DNA from: Octopus vulgaris
Lineage: Eukaryota
NCBI GenBank assembly: GCA_951406725.2
Contig: OX597819.1
Location: 106,516,001 to 106,580,000 of the forward strand
Direction of reading: 5' to 3'
DNA: 64,000 nucleotides
The notes under the pieces were generated by a model. That model did not search any database. It was not told the origin of the DNA and worked only from the letters and a program-made list of their open reading frames with translations. Made by a program: the position numbers and the translations under genes. This document shows positions 12,701 to 24,120 of the stretch, piece after piece (position 1 is the stretch's first letter; each line of letters starts with the position of its first letter).

Positions 12701-13139
12701 CATAAGGAGCTTCAACTGAATATTGCAAATTATTTTGATTCACAAACTTACAAATCTCCCAATCCATTTCTGATTTACTCATCAAAAACCAGGAATTTAG
12801 GATCAAAGGCTTATGCAATTAAATTAATGCAAATACCTGTCTGGTATATATTTTTTTTATCGACACTTGAGTGTGAAAATCGAAGTCGAATTTGGTGAGG
12901 TTTGAACACCGAAAGTAGAGAATCCTACGTAAATAATATAAGGTATTTTGTTCAGAGTTTTTAATCACAATTCCGACAATCATTTGCAAATTTGAAACTG
13001 TAGAACTTGAAAGTCGGGTCAGGCAAATACTAACACCATCATTATTATGGATTCCGACAGCAAGAAGTAATAGATCAAGTTTTGAATACCATTCATACAA
13101 TTTAAAACAATTCATCAACTTCTCATGCTTAAGAACAAA

Positions 13140-13205
13140 TTATTAATATCATTACTATTGAGTGAGGGAGCGGCGCATGCTATTAAAGTGACACTGGTAA
13201 TATGT
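13140..13205 (-). mobile_element. Short retroposon 3'-end fragment with degenerate (TAA)n tail
   Basis: Minus strand CCAGTGTCACTTTAATAGCATGCGCCGCTCCCTCACTC followed by AATAGTAATGATATTAATAA. Resembles a LINE 3' terminus; family not determined. Confidence 0.3.
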
Positions 13206-13527
13206 CATACAGTTTCACCATTTTGCCCATAGAGTCTGCACTTATCACTTTCTGAAGTGTTGTTATTCTGTATATTATGTAGTTTGTTCTTAGTACTTGC
13301 TCTTGGGCACTACAGATTAGAGTTTCTGGTTTTAAATCACTTTTCCGGTTTTAAATCACTTTAAAAACGTTTTCGGTTTTAGTCATTCACAGCCACCTTT
13401 TTTCTCTGTCTGTCTTATCTTCAACATCCCTATGAGATTGTCCATGTATTCTTTTCTTTACCTACCTTCTTTCAGTTTCATTCGTTTTCAATTGCTTGTA
13501 CAGTGCTTTAGCTTTGCAATCTTTTGT

Positions 13528-13590
13528 TATCATCATCATCATCATCATCACCATCATCATCATTATCACCATCATCAGCATTATCATTAT
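13528..13590. repeat. (CAT)n microsatellite
   Basis: Direct; gives a spurious poly-His ORF. Confidence 0.9.
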
Positions 13591-14653
13591 AGTAGACGTC
13601 GCACAGTATACAATTTCGTGAGTTTGTTGATTGAAGATATTGTGTCTACTGGGGGTCTGTACTGTTTGTCAAGTTACAACAAAGACATTATTATTGAAAA
13701 GGCATTACATGCTTATTCAATTAACAGTGCTGTTATGCTGAGGTTCGGCAGGTGTTATCAAAAGTTTTCGCAGTCCGATTCTATATGTCTCAATTACTTT
13801 ATCTTCTCAGACACTTAGTAGCAGTAAGTCGTACCGATTATACCAAATATCATTGAAAAGCTGCCATATTTGCTACAATAGCTTTATGTATATATCAGGT
13901 GCATTCCTGATATTTGATACTATTTAAAAAATTTATATGACTAGAATTGTTATTATTATATATATCCTACCTTATATCGCTATAACAAAGATGCAACCCG
14001 AAAACTGATTCACTAATCAGTATTATTAGACTGTAACCGGCCTAATGAAATAGGAACTTTATTTGCATACCGCTAACGTCGCCATAAACGAATTTAAAAG
14101 ATACACGCACACGCTCACTCACCCACACGCACACAAACATAAATATATACACACACGCACACACATATCATCGTATGCTATGCTTTCTTGTTGTTCCAGC
14201 CAATAGTTAGGTACTTGTCCTTTTTTCATTTCTACTTCACTTAGTATCATACTATCGATATACAAGAAATGAGCAGTCCACCATCACTTCTTTCAGTATC
14301 TCGTTTCAGTATCAGCATTCTTTCAGTATGCTCAGATAGTAAAATATTCCGCCTCCCCAGAAAGCTATTCAATTCATATGCTGTCAGGTCTGTAATTATT
14401 TTTTAGCTTAATAGTAAGCTTGTAACAGGCTTACAATTACTAACTCTTCTCCCTTTTCTCTGTCCTATTGTATTAGCGCTATCTCTTCGTTTATCCCCCC
14501 CCCCCGTACTGGTGTTCCCTCTTTTATACACCATTTTACCGCTACAGCAACGATAAAAGCAGCACTTTCAATATCAGTGGTAACGGCAGTAACAATTATA
14601 AAAATTAAAATTAGCAGCACCGAACAAAGCAGCAATGTAACCCTTCTCATATA

Positions 14654-15934
14654 CAAGGGGCGTTCAATAAGTAATGCCCCTAACCCACTTTCCATAGCAG
14701 TAGAGCAACGAAACTTGGCACAGTTATTAGTCTTTTTCTACATAGGAACCACACAGAGTTACGCATTTCTCTCATCGTTTGATGCGGCTCTGGAGACCGT
14801 TTTTGTAGAAGAACCCAGCTTGGTCCTCCAACCTCAACGTGACTTCAGAAATCAAGGCTGCATCATCTGGGAAACGCTTTCCTTTCAAAAACAACTTCAT
14901 GATTGGGAAGAGGTGAAAATCAGAGGGTGCAAGGTCAGGAAAGTAGGTGGGATGGGGAGGAGTTCATAGCCATACGCCTGTGCTTCTGATCTGGCGACAA
15001 GCGAGTTGTGGACCGGAGCGTTGTCCTGCAGGAGGAGGATGCCTTTGCTGATCTTGCCCCGCGTCTTGATTTTGATAACTTTTCTTAATTTCCTCAGAAG
15101 TGAAGCATAATAGGCTCCTGCAATTGTGGTACCCTTTGCCAGGAAATCTGTCATCACTACTCCGTCCTGGTCCCAGAAGACTGTGAGCATGACCTTGCCA
15201 GCGGAGGGCTGCACGCTTGCCTTCTTTGGAGAGGGTGAGTCACGGTGCTTCCACTGCATTGACTGGGATTTGGTCTCTGGATCATAGTGATGGACCCAGG
15301 TTTCATCCTGTGTAATCAGTCTTTTGAAAAATTTTGACTCATCTTCTTGGCACCCTCGAGCACTCGACGCGTTCTTGCTTCTGGAAAGGCGTGAGCAACC
15401 TGGGAATCCATCTGGCAGACACCTTTTGCATATGCAAATGGTCATGAATGATAGTTTCCACAGACCCGGTACTAATCTTGACCTCATGGGCTATTTGGCG
15501 AATAATTATGCGTCGATCTTCCAAAATGGCAGCCTCAACTTGACGGACAGATGCCTCATCAATGGCAGAAGGGGCGACCAGATCTGGGAGCTGTTTCCAC
15601 ATAGTTCCGACCATGTTTGAATTCACGATGCCAGCGTTTTACAAGGTCATATGATGGGGCAGCATCATCACCATAAGTTACTTTCATTTCATCAAAAGTC
15701 TCCCATGGTGTGCGTCCTTTCAAATACAAAAACCGGATCACTGCTCGACACTCAACAGGCTCCATTTCACACTTGACTCGGTTCAAACACCTGTAAATCA
15801 GAAACCACAATTAATTCAGAGCTGTAATTTGCCACTTACTCTATAGAGATATAAATGAGTGCACATGCTAGATCAAACAGCTAGATCAAACAACTGCAGG
15901 TGGGTCAGAGGCATTACTTATTGAACGTCCCTCG
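14654..15934 (-). mobile_element. Full-length mariner DNA transposon (irritans-like), 1281 bp
   Basis: TA at 14652-53 and 15935-36. TIRs CAAGGGGCGTTCAATAAGTAATGCCCCTAACCCAC / GTGGGTCAGAGGCATTACTTATTGAACGTCCCTCG. Typical mariner length. Confidence 0.95.
14727..15765 (-). pseudogene. Disrupted mariner transposase (DD34D type)
   Basis: Three overlapping ORF pieces: MEPVECRAVIRFLYLKG (HTH), ARWIPRLL, ITQDETWVHHYDPETK, LLQDNAPVH, PYFPDLAPSDFHLF, FYKNGLQ..R*EKCV..GSYVEKD*. Several frameshifts and one stop. Confidence 0.93.
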
Positions 15935-16487
15935 TAGCAACAACAGCCGTTAGACCATCAGTAACAGATTACACTAATAACAACGCAACATTACAATACG
16001 TATTCCTCTCCATTCAGATCTCCCGTAACGACGTTCTGCGTGAGGGTGATCAAGGTGAAAAAACATATTTACTCCTGAAAGAAAAAGGGAAAAGAACATA
16101 TGAATACATGTGATCTGTAATGAACAATAGCGATTAAGATACGATCAGAAATGTTGTGCAAGATAGTAACGACAAAGAAAACTAGATTAGAATAAACCTA
16201 AGTAGTAAGTTAATGAGGCTTTTAGGGAAAGCCTTACGACCGACGTGCCATAGGCGAGATTGTCATTCAAATAATTTTTCAATAAGAAATATGAAAGATA
16301 CATTTTCAGGACTAAGGAAAGAATGAACAAAAGACGTTCAATGGATCCATGCGTTATAGGCTCAATCGGTTAGCAAAATGTCAATTCGAAATATTGCGGA
16401 CTACAACGAGAGACTGCTAGTTGATTCCAATCATGTGCGTGTAGATTTTCTGTGCCATTTTGCTAAACTTTTCGCGACGAGTAGTAT

Positions 16488-16660
16488 ACCTATTTCTTCA
16501 CTACCCATAAGTGGCTAAACACAGAAAGAGACAAACAAGGACAGACAGACGGATTAAGTCGATTACATCGCCCCCAGTGCGTAACTGGTACTTAATTTAT
16601 CGACCTCGAAAGGATGAAAGGCAAAGTCGACCTTGGTGGAATTTGAACTCAGAACGCGCC
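16488..16660 (-). mobile_element. SINE family C, 5'-truncated
   Basis: Matches 17258-17471 and 57655-57888. Confidence 0.85.
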
Positions 16661-17257
16661 AGATTGCAGAATGTTTTCAATGGCTAAATCGACGGCTTGC
16701 TGCAACTCTCTGCAACAGTGACAGGATTTCACCAAGAGCGGATTAACAGTCATAGAAATTCAGGGAGAAGCGGTTAGCTATGCGAGGTGTATTATACAAA
16801 TATTTCCTGTGATCGCATACCGATAGGTTGGTACTAACGGGAAGTTGATATTAAGTTTCTGAGTTGACATCTTGATCGTCGTTGTGTAGAATCTGTGAAG
16901 AGGCGTTTGCCAATCATCTTTGGAGGTTTTGTTAACAACAGGTTCTGTATTCTGCTGTTGTTAGTGGCTCCGATGATGTCCACCTCATTCTCTCTCCTCA
17001 GGCTTTCCATATGCCAAGGCTTACTTTTCTCTCTGCACCTTTGATTACTCCGTGGTCTTCGGGGTAATTAGAACCTGCATAATGATCCACTCCGTCACAG
17101 ATAATTTTTCTAGTATAAGGCGATATATTGTCAAATTCATTAGAATGTCGAATAGATTGCGTAGTGGTAATTGTTCCCGATCATTGTACTCAAAATTCAA
17201 ATCCCACTCGAGAGCAACATAGACTTTTGTCTTTTCAAGGTCAATAAATAGATTACC

Positions 17258-17471
17258 TATTTCTTTACTACCCACAAGGGGATAAACACAGAGGGGACGA
17301 ACAAGGACAGACAAACGGATTAAGTCGATTATATCAACCCCAGTGCGTAACTGGTTCTTAATTTATAGACCCCGAAAGGATGAAAGGCAAAGTCAACCTC
17401 GGCGGAATTTGAACCCAGAACGTAACGGCAGACGAAATACGGCTACGCATTTCGCCCGGCGATCTAACGTT
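17258..17471 (-). mobile_element. SINE family C with 9-bp TSD, nested in an older family C-related copy
   Basis: TAGATTACC at 17249-17257 and 17472-17480. Body GTTCTGGGTTCAAATTCCGCCGAGGTTGACTTTGCCTTTCATCCTTTCGGGGTC. Confidence 0.9.
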
Positions 17472-18644
17472 TAGATTACCAGTCCCCTTCCGGTACACTG
17501 TACTATCTTTCCCTCCCGCTTTCTCTCTCTCTCTCTTTCTCTTTTCCTCTTTTTTTTGCCCACCTGCCTTTTCGAATCGGCTGTTACCATACTAGAAAGA
17601 TGGGCTCCGCCAGTTTTTAAAATACTGAAGAAACGTTTGATATAACGTCAACCCTAAAACACCATCAAATATTTGACGGCTTAAAGCAGTCTCACATGTT
17701 ATTTTGCCCACCCATACTGTGTTACAAGTTTATGACATACAAATTTGAAACCGATTTACTACTGCTGGCTGTACATTACTAGCATTAAGTACTAGCATTG
17801 AGAGGTGGGTGTGTGGTATAACAGCTTGGTATATTGCCTTGACTCATTTCGATTCCAAAGATCAAGAATATATTCTCATATATCTTGCTTTGATCTATGA
17901 AAATCCTATAACTCCACGCATCGGCGAGAGCTTCCTTTAGTTGCTCCTTTGAAGACACTGGGAAATCTATACTTTTGGATACCAAATTATTACCCTCCCA
18001 AACTTTTATTCGGTAAAGATTTTCAGATAAGAAGATATGATTTTTTGAAAAAATATTTTCCCCATTTTCTCTTTTATTCGAAGAATTCCTTGTCATATTA
18101 AAAACTTTGGCAAGACGACTTTCTTTTACAGCCTAATGACTTTGAATTTCCGTTATCGCCTGTCGTTGTTTATTTTATAAATGTGTTTGCATTACGTCTA
18201 TGTTTATATTACAAAATTGCTCATCTATGTTTTCTGTGTATGTCTGAATTAGCGACTGTGATTGCACCTGCTTGTCTTAATAAATTATTTTGATTTGACA
18301 TGTTTGTCTTTTTTTAATTTTTGCGTTTAGTACATATTCCTGCAGACCCAGACGAAAAGAAGCCATTTAAAAAAAAATGACTTGATACGCAAGCTTTTAA
18401 AAAAGACATATCATTTATCAATACCGACATAATGAAGGAAGCGTCTCAAACTTACATGTCATCGTTGTTTTCAGTTCACCTAAAGAGAATACGAATTTAT
18501 ATCAAAAAACACAATTGTAATAAAATTCATAAAAGTTCAGAAAGTGGAACGAAATGCAGCAGCCACAGTAGTAGTAGTAGTAGTAGTAGTAAAAATGATT
18601 TTTTTTATTGGCGACAAGGGGCATAAACACATTTAGCACAATAG

Positions 18645-19032
18645 TTCTATTTTACTTGTTTCAGTCATTTCACTGTGGCCATGCTGGAGCACCGCCTTTA
18701 GTCGAGCAAATCAAGCCCAGGACTTATTCTTTGGAAGTCTAGTACTTATCCTATCGGTCTCTTGTACAGAACTGCTAAGTTACGGGGACGTAAACACACC
18801 AGCATCAGTTGTCAAGCGATCTTAGGGGGACAAACACAGACGCACAAACATATACATACCCATATATATATATATACATATATACGATGGGCTTCTTTCA
18901 GTTTCTGTCTACCAAATCCACTCACAAGGCTTTGGTTGGCCCAAGGCTATAGTAGAAGACACTTGGCCAAGATGCCACACAGTGAGACTGAACCCGGAAC
19001 AATGTGGTTCGTAAGCAAGCCACTCCTACGCC
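18645..19032 (-). mobile_element. SINE family A
   Basis: Reverse complement of the 5682-6060 family, with a small deletion in the head. Confidence 0.9.
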
Positions 19033-19199
19033 TACAGTTAGTCAAATGTCAGGAGGGGTTTACGCAGAAAAGTGTAAACAACTTAAATAAGATTTTATAA
19101 AATCTGACACATCCAATAGGAGTAGGGACGTAGTTCATGGATAATAAAGAACCCCTACAGATTCCGACTCAGCTTACTCATGGTAATCGCTCATCTCTC

Positions 19200-20070
19200 T
19201 TCCCTATTCCTCAGCCCACAGGCATCAGCTGAGTTTAGACCCACTCACTGAAGCCATCTTCGCCCCATTAACCCATCGTTCATCAATCTTACTGGGTAAT
19301 GGGACAATATCTCTCAACCCTCATCTTCCTGTTTAATACGATTTTAAAATGTCGATGAGGCTTTAAACGAAGGGGAAAGTTACTGCCTTCAGTCACTTCC
19401 CTATCATTCACTACACAAACTTATTCGACAGATTCACCAGTCAGAGGATAACTGCCTCCTCTTCATAGCCAAATCGAAGGTGGTGGAACGTCCATGGAGT
19501 CGGGCGATGGCCGGATTCATTTTACAAATTATTTCAGCTCTTCGACAGAACTCCAAAAGTCCACAAAGCGCGAGTACTGTAAAAAAAAGCGTGCAGCATG
19601 GTTTCCTCACTCGGCGCGCACATCGGGTAGGTGTGGATGACGGCATTTCTGTGCCTTTACTGTGTATTCCGAAACGACAGCAACTCCACCCCGGTGTCAC
19701 TGACAGGCCAGCGACTTCTGGAAATTCTCTTTGGGCACTGGCCTCTAAGTCATCTGGAAGAGAACAGTCAGTTGCTTTTCATAGACGCTCAGAGTTTCTC
19801 CAAGGATGTCATCGCTCTTGCCCACCGCTAATACCATACAGAAGGGCATTGCGGAACATGACCCTGCCGCACTGTCAAACAAACTGAGGGATGTGAGTGA
19901 ATAACGGCACTCAAAATGCCAGGCGCGCGTCTTCAGTCTACGCTTGATCCAGAATTGCGATTTTGTCGAGAAGGCGAGCTGTGGGAATGCAAGTCAGAAA
20001 AGTAAACGTTCCATTCTGGTCAGCTATGAAGTGGGATGAAGTAAGTTGGACAGGCGGCACCAGATGACAT
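19200..20070 (-). mobile_element. Degenerate L1/Tx1-like LINE ORF2 3' region
   Basis: Minus frames give YPMCAPSEETMLHAFF (degenerate zf-RVT CxxC..ET..H.FF) and ..IVLNRKMRVER, typical of Tx1-clade C-termini. Many stops. Confidence 0.5.
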
Positions 20071-20324
20071 ATGAAATGTAAGTATTCACTACCTCTGCAT
20101 GTCCCTTCAGGAGTAGTCTCCTCTCTGCCCGTTCCTGGATGAGACTCGCGAAGATGTTCTTTACCGCTTACTAGTTCTTTAGAGGAAATCCACTAAAAAT
20201 TTTGTCCGAAACACAAAAGAATCTCTCATCTCCTGACCGTTCAAAAAAGGCTCCAAATTCTGGTACAAACCCATCAATTTTAATGATAGCGGGCAAGTAG
20301 ATAACATCAAAATCAGTGCGCAAG

Positions 20325-20460
20325 TAGCACCTATTTTGTTGACTCCGAAAAGATAATTGATGAAATCGATCTCTGTGGAATTTGAACTCAGGACATACAT
20401 TGCCATAAGGAAGGCTGCTAAACATGTTGCAGTATATATACACAAAAAAATAACTTCCCT
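20325..20460 (-). mobile_element. Old SINE family C-related fragment
   Basis: GATGAAATCGATCTCTGTGGAATTTGAACTCAG matches the family C core on the minus strand. Confidence 0.5.
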
Positions 20461-20621
20461 CAGATATGCCGCCACAACAAAACGTGCGTGAAAATGTAAA
20501 CACATGGATTGCAATATATCTATACGAAAACTGCAAATTTGTGAGAAGAATATCAAATTTAATATTTTAATTACATACACATCCATATTCATACAAGAAC
20601 TGCTCCCCTCTCTCTCTCCCC

Positions 20622-20658
<37 letters not shown>

Positions 20659-21049
20659 CATGCACATTGCTCTGTCTTCTCGGTCTCACATTTGACCTCT
20701 GCTGAACCGATGGGGTGCGAAGATTCTTTTGTCTCTATGGCTGACCTCTCCACCAGGTGCCGAATCTATTTATAGATCTGTACGATATAATCTATTCACC
20801 AATCTGATGCCCAACTACAATGGTAGTGGTAGTGATGATGATAATGAAAAAAATAAAAATAATGATAATATGCTGCAGCTGCTGATACTAAATACTACTA
20901 ATACTACAATAATACTACAGCTATTATAATAGCACAGGACTCTGAGGCCCAACTATTACCCTTGTCACTAGCCCCATCACTGCTACTGTTGCTGTTGCTG
21001 CAACCACTGCTACTACTACACATAAAAACAATAATACCAGGCATATTAG

Positions 21050-21095
21050 TAATGATGATGATGCTGATGATGATGATGATGATATTATTATTATT

Positions 21096-21137
<42 letters not shown>
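21050..21137. repeat. Compound (GAT)n(TTA)n(TAA)n microsatellite
   Basis: Direct. Confidence 0.95.
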
Positions 21138-21139
<2 letters not shown>

Positions 21140-24120
21140 AAAGAAACGGGTGGAGTCTCCTTATGGGCTCATCATGATAGATCTAGTGATGGTGTCACAA
21201 TAAAAACACTGGTAATTGTGCAACCTGATAATCGCTACCTCATATGAGTGACAATGAAAAAACAAAATATTGTGAATAACGGTGGTAATGAAACTGAAGC
21301 CAATGATGGTGACAGTGTTACACTCGGCAGGTTCAGAGATTCTGGTCTGGCTCCAGCCTGTCGATATCTAGAAAGGGACCACCACACACAGCGTAGATGG
21401 AACAAACAAATTAATGCTGTGGTCATGGAATGTTATTACCTGAGCAACCCAGTAGATGAAAATGGTGCTCAAATTAGTAGTTACCGACAACATATGTATG
21501 ATCATTGAAGAGAAAAGGGATTGTTTCAACTCACGGAACAGAGACTGTGTGATCAAGCTAGAGCAATAAAAAAAATTTGTTGGTTCACAGAAGTAGTACT
21601 CGAAGCTATCAAAAGACGGGTCATGGACAATAGCAGCATAGATAAGAATGAAAATACAGTTCTTAGTTTTAAGAGCAATCTCATAGCGCCGGAAAAGATC
21701 TGTGGTAGTTTATTTGATGAGAGAGATATAGATGGTCTAAAAGAAGACAATAAAACTAAAGGTGACATGACAGATGGACAAAAGGCTATCTACGACAGAA
21801 TAAAGGCAAGACTACAGGAGAACGATAGCGACATTAGTTACAACCTTAAAAAGGTTGATCGATGGAAATTGAACCAAGAAATGAAAAATGTCAATGGAAT
21901 TCTGAAATACATCAGAACAAACGTCGCAGAAACTGTGGGTATCAATGTCAAAAAAAAAAAAGAAACATAATGGGAGTGACAAAAGAAAAGATCAATGGTC
22001 GAAAAGAAGAATCCAGGCAGGGTTAGACATGCTCTCGAAGGTAATCTCTGTGTTAGACCGAAAAGAGAAGTGGGAGCTTAAAAGCGATCAAAAATACAGG
22101 GCGCTGAAAAGGAAGTATAATATTGAAAGAAAGGGCTTGAAAGTAGTAGTGGAGGAACTGAAATAGCGCCTCGTTGCAAATGAGGGCAAAGATGGTAAGA
22201 CACGACTAAAGAATGAAGGGTTAGCACCAGAATAGGTTATTCAGAGTAGATAAGAGATTCTATAAAAAAAATAAATGGAGGATGTACAGATGAAAAGTTG
22301 GTACCAGAAAACATTGAAAGTCAAAGGTTTTGGAGTGACATCGAAAGCAAAGAATAGGAGCACAAGGAAGATGCTAAATGGCTGCAAGAACTGAAACAAA
22401 CAGTTGTCTGTCCAAAACAGGCAGAATTATTTATTTTAGTTAGGGAAGTGAAGGAAATTAGCAAAAAAAAAAAAAAAAAAGAGCAACTGGAAGGCTCGGG
22501 GCTCAGATAGATTTCATGGCTACTGGATCAAAAAATTTAGTGAATGTTATGCACGAATAGCTGCGCAACTCAACACCTTGTTAATTGCCAACCAAGCAGC
22601 ACCAGAGTGGTTGACATTGGGTAGGACAGTGCTGTGCTTGAAAAACATTGCAAAAGGCAATACGGTAGACAATTACAGGCCGATATCCTGTTTGCCACTT
22701 ATGTGGAAGTTATTGACTGGAAAACTCGCAGACTCAATGTACTAACATCTAGAGAAAATGGAGTTCTGCCACATGAGCAGAAGGATTGCAAGCGTAAGTG
22801 CAGAGGTACTAAGGATTAACTCCTGATAGAGAAAACTGTACCCAGAGACTGGAAGAGGAGGAAAAGTAACTTAGCCATGTCATGGATCGACTATCGTAAG
22901 GTGTACGATATGATCCCACATTCCTGGATTATGGAGTGTATGAACCTGTTTGGGATCGAATAGAATGTTGAGCGATCGGTTGCAAGAAGTATGGCGAATT
23001 GGAGGACGAATCTGACAGCATACGGAAGAAGTTTAGGGACAGTAGAAATTAGGAGGGGCATCTTCCAAGGGGACTGCCTGTCCCCACTGACCGCTGTATT
23101 GTGCTTGATAACACTGACACTGATTCTGAGGAAAGCCAAAGCAGGGTAAGCATTCAAAAGCCGCCATTTGTTATTCATGGATGACCTCAAACTTTATGGT
23201 AAAGATGAAGTTCAAATCAGTTCCCTCGTTGATACGGTGTATACCTCCAGTGCTGATATCAGAATGGAGTTCGGACTGAGAAAGTGGAGTGTGTTAGTAT
23301 TGAAGAGAGGCAAAATCAAATGTATGGACGGACATACGATACCGTCGGGGGAGGTTATGAAGCAGATAGAAGTAACGGGCTATAAATTCTTGGGGATTTT
23401 GGAAATGGATAAATTAATGGAGATAGCAATGACAGAAAAATTTAAGGTGGAGTACTTATGCACAATGAAACTCATCCTTAAGTCGAAATTAAACGGACGG
23501 AATAAGATCGAAGCTATCAACACCTGGGCAGTTTCACTCCTTAGATATGGAGCAGGGGTAATCGCATGGAGAGTAGACGGACTAAACAGCTTAGACAGAA
23601 AGACAAGGAAGTTACTAACTAGATATGGGTCACTCCACCCAAAAAGTGACACAGGCAGATTATATGTATGAAGAAAAAGAGGAGGTAGAGTACTTGTTTG
23701 GATTCGAACACAGCATTAGAGTATAAGAAAACAATATTGCATGGTATGTAAAAAATGCCACCCAACCGCTAATATTAGAAGTAGGAAGGTCAGGCTTATG
23801 TAGGATGAAAGATTGCAAAAATAAAGCAGTATACAAGAAATTGAATTGATTTAGAACCAAGTACATAAAATACAGAATAGACAGCACATCAGAAAGTGAT
23901 AAGTGCAGAATTTGCGGACAAAATGTTGAAACTGTATTGCATGTTATCAATCAAAGTACGTCATTAGCCCAGAAAGAATATAAGAGACATCACGACAACA
24001 TAGCAAGGGTTGTCCATTGGACACTTTGCAAGAAGTATGGACTTGACTTGAGAGAGAAAAAAAGTGGTACGAGCATAAATACAAAGGTGTCATCGAAAAT
24101 GATATTGCAAAGATCCTATG
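21138..24120 (+). mobile_element. R4/Dong-clade non-LTR retrotransposon, degenerate and 3'-truncated
   Basis: N-terminal VMECYYLS..TEQRLCDQARAI. RT motifs [101 protein letters not shown]. Zinc knuckle CRICGQNVETVLHVI then YKRHHDNIARVVHW. Ends before the REL endonuclease; many stops and frameshifts. Confidence 0.88.

Noticed and set aside
13432-13818. 128-aa ORF with hydrophobic N-terminus and poly-His
   Set aside because: The poly-His is a (CAT)n microsatellite; no recognisable domain.
17785-18096. 103-aa minus-strand ORF as a host exon
   Set aside because: No convincing splice sites or known family; EQLKEALAD..IYENIF weakly resembles decayed L1/Tx1 pre-RT sequence.
20962-21177. Signal-peptide/TM-like ORF (poly-L/M/I)
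   Set aside because: Product of trinucleotide repeats.
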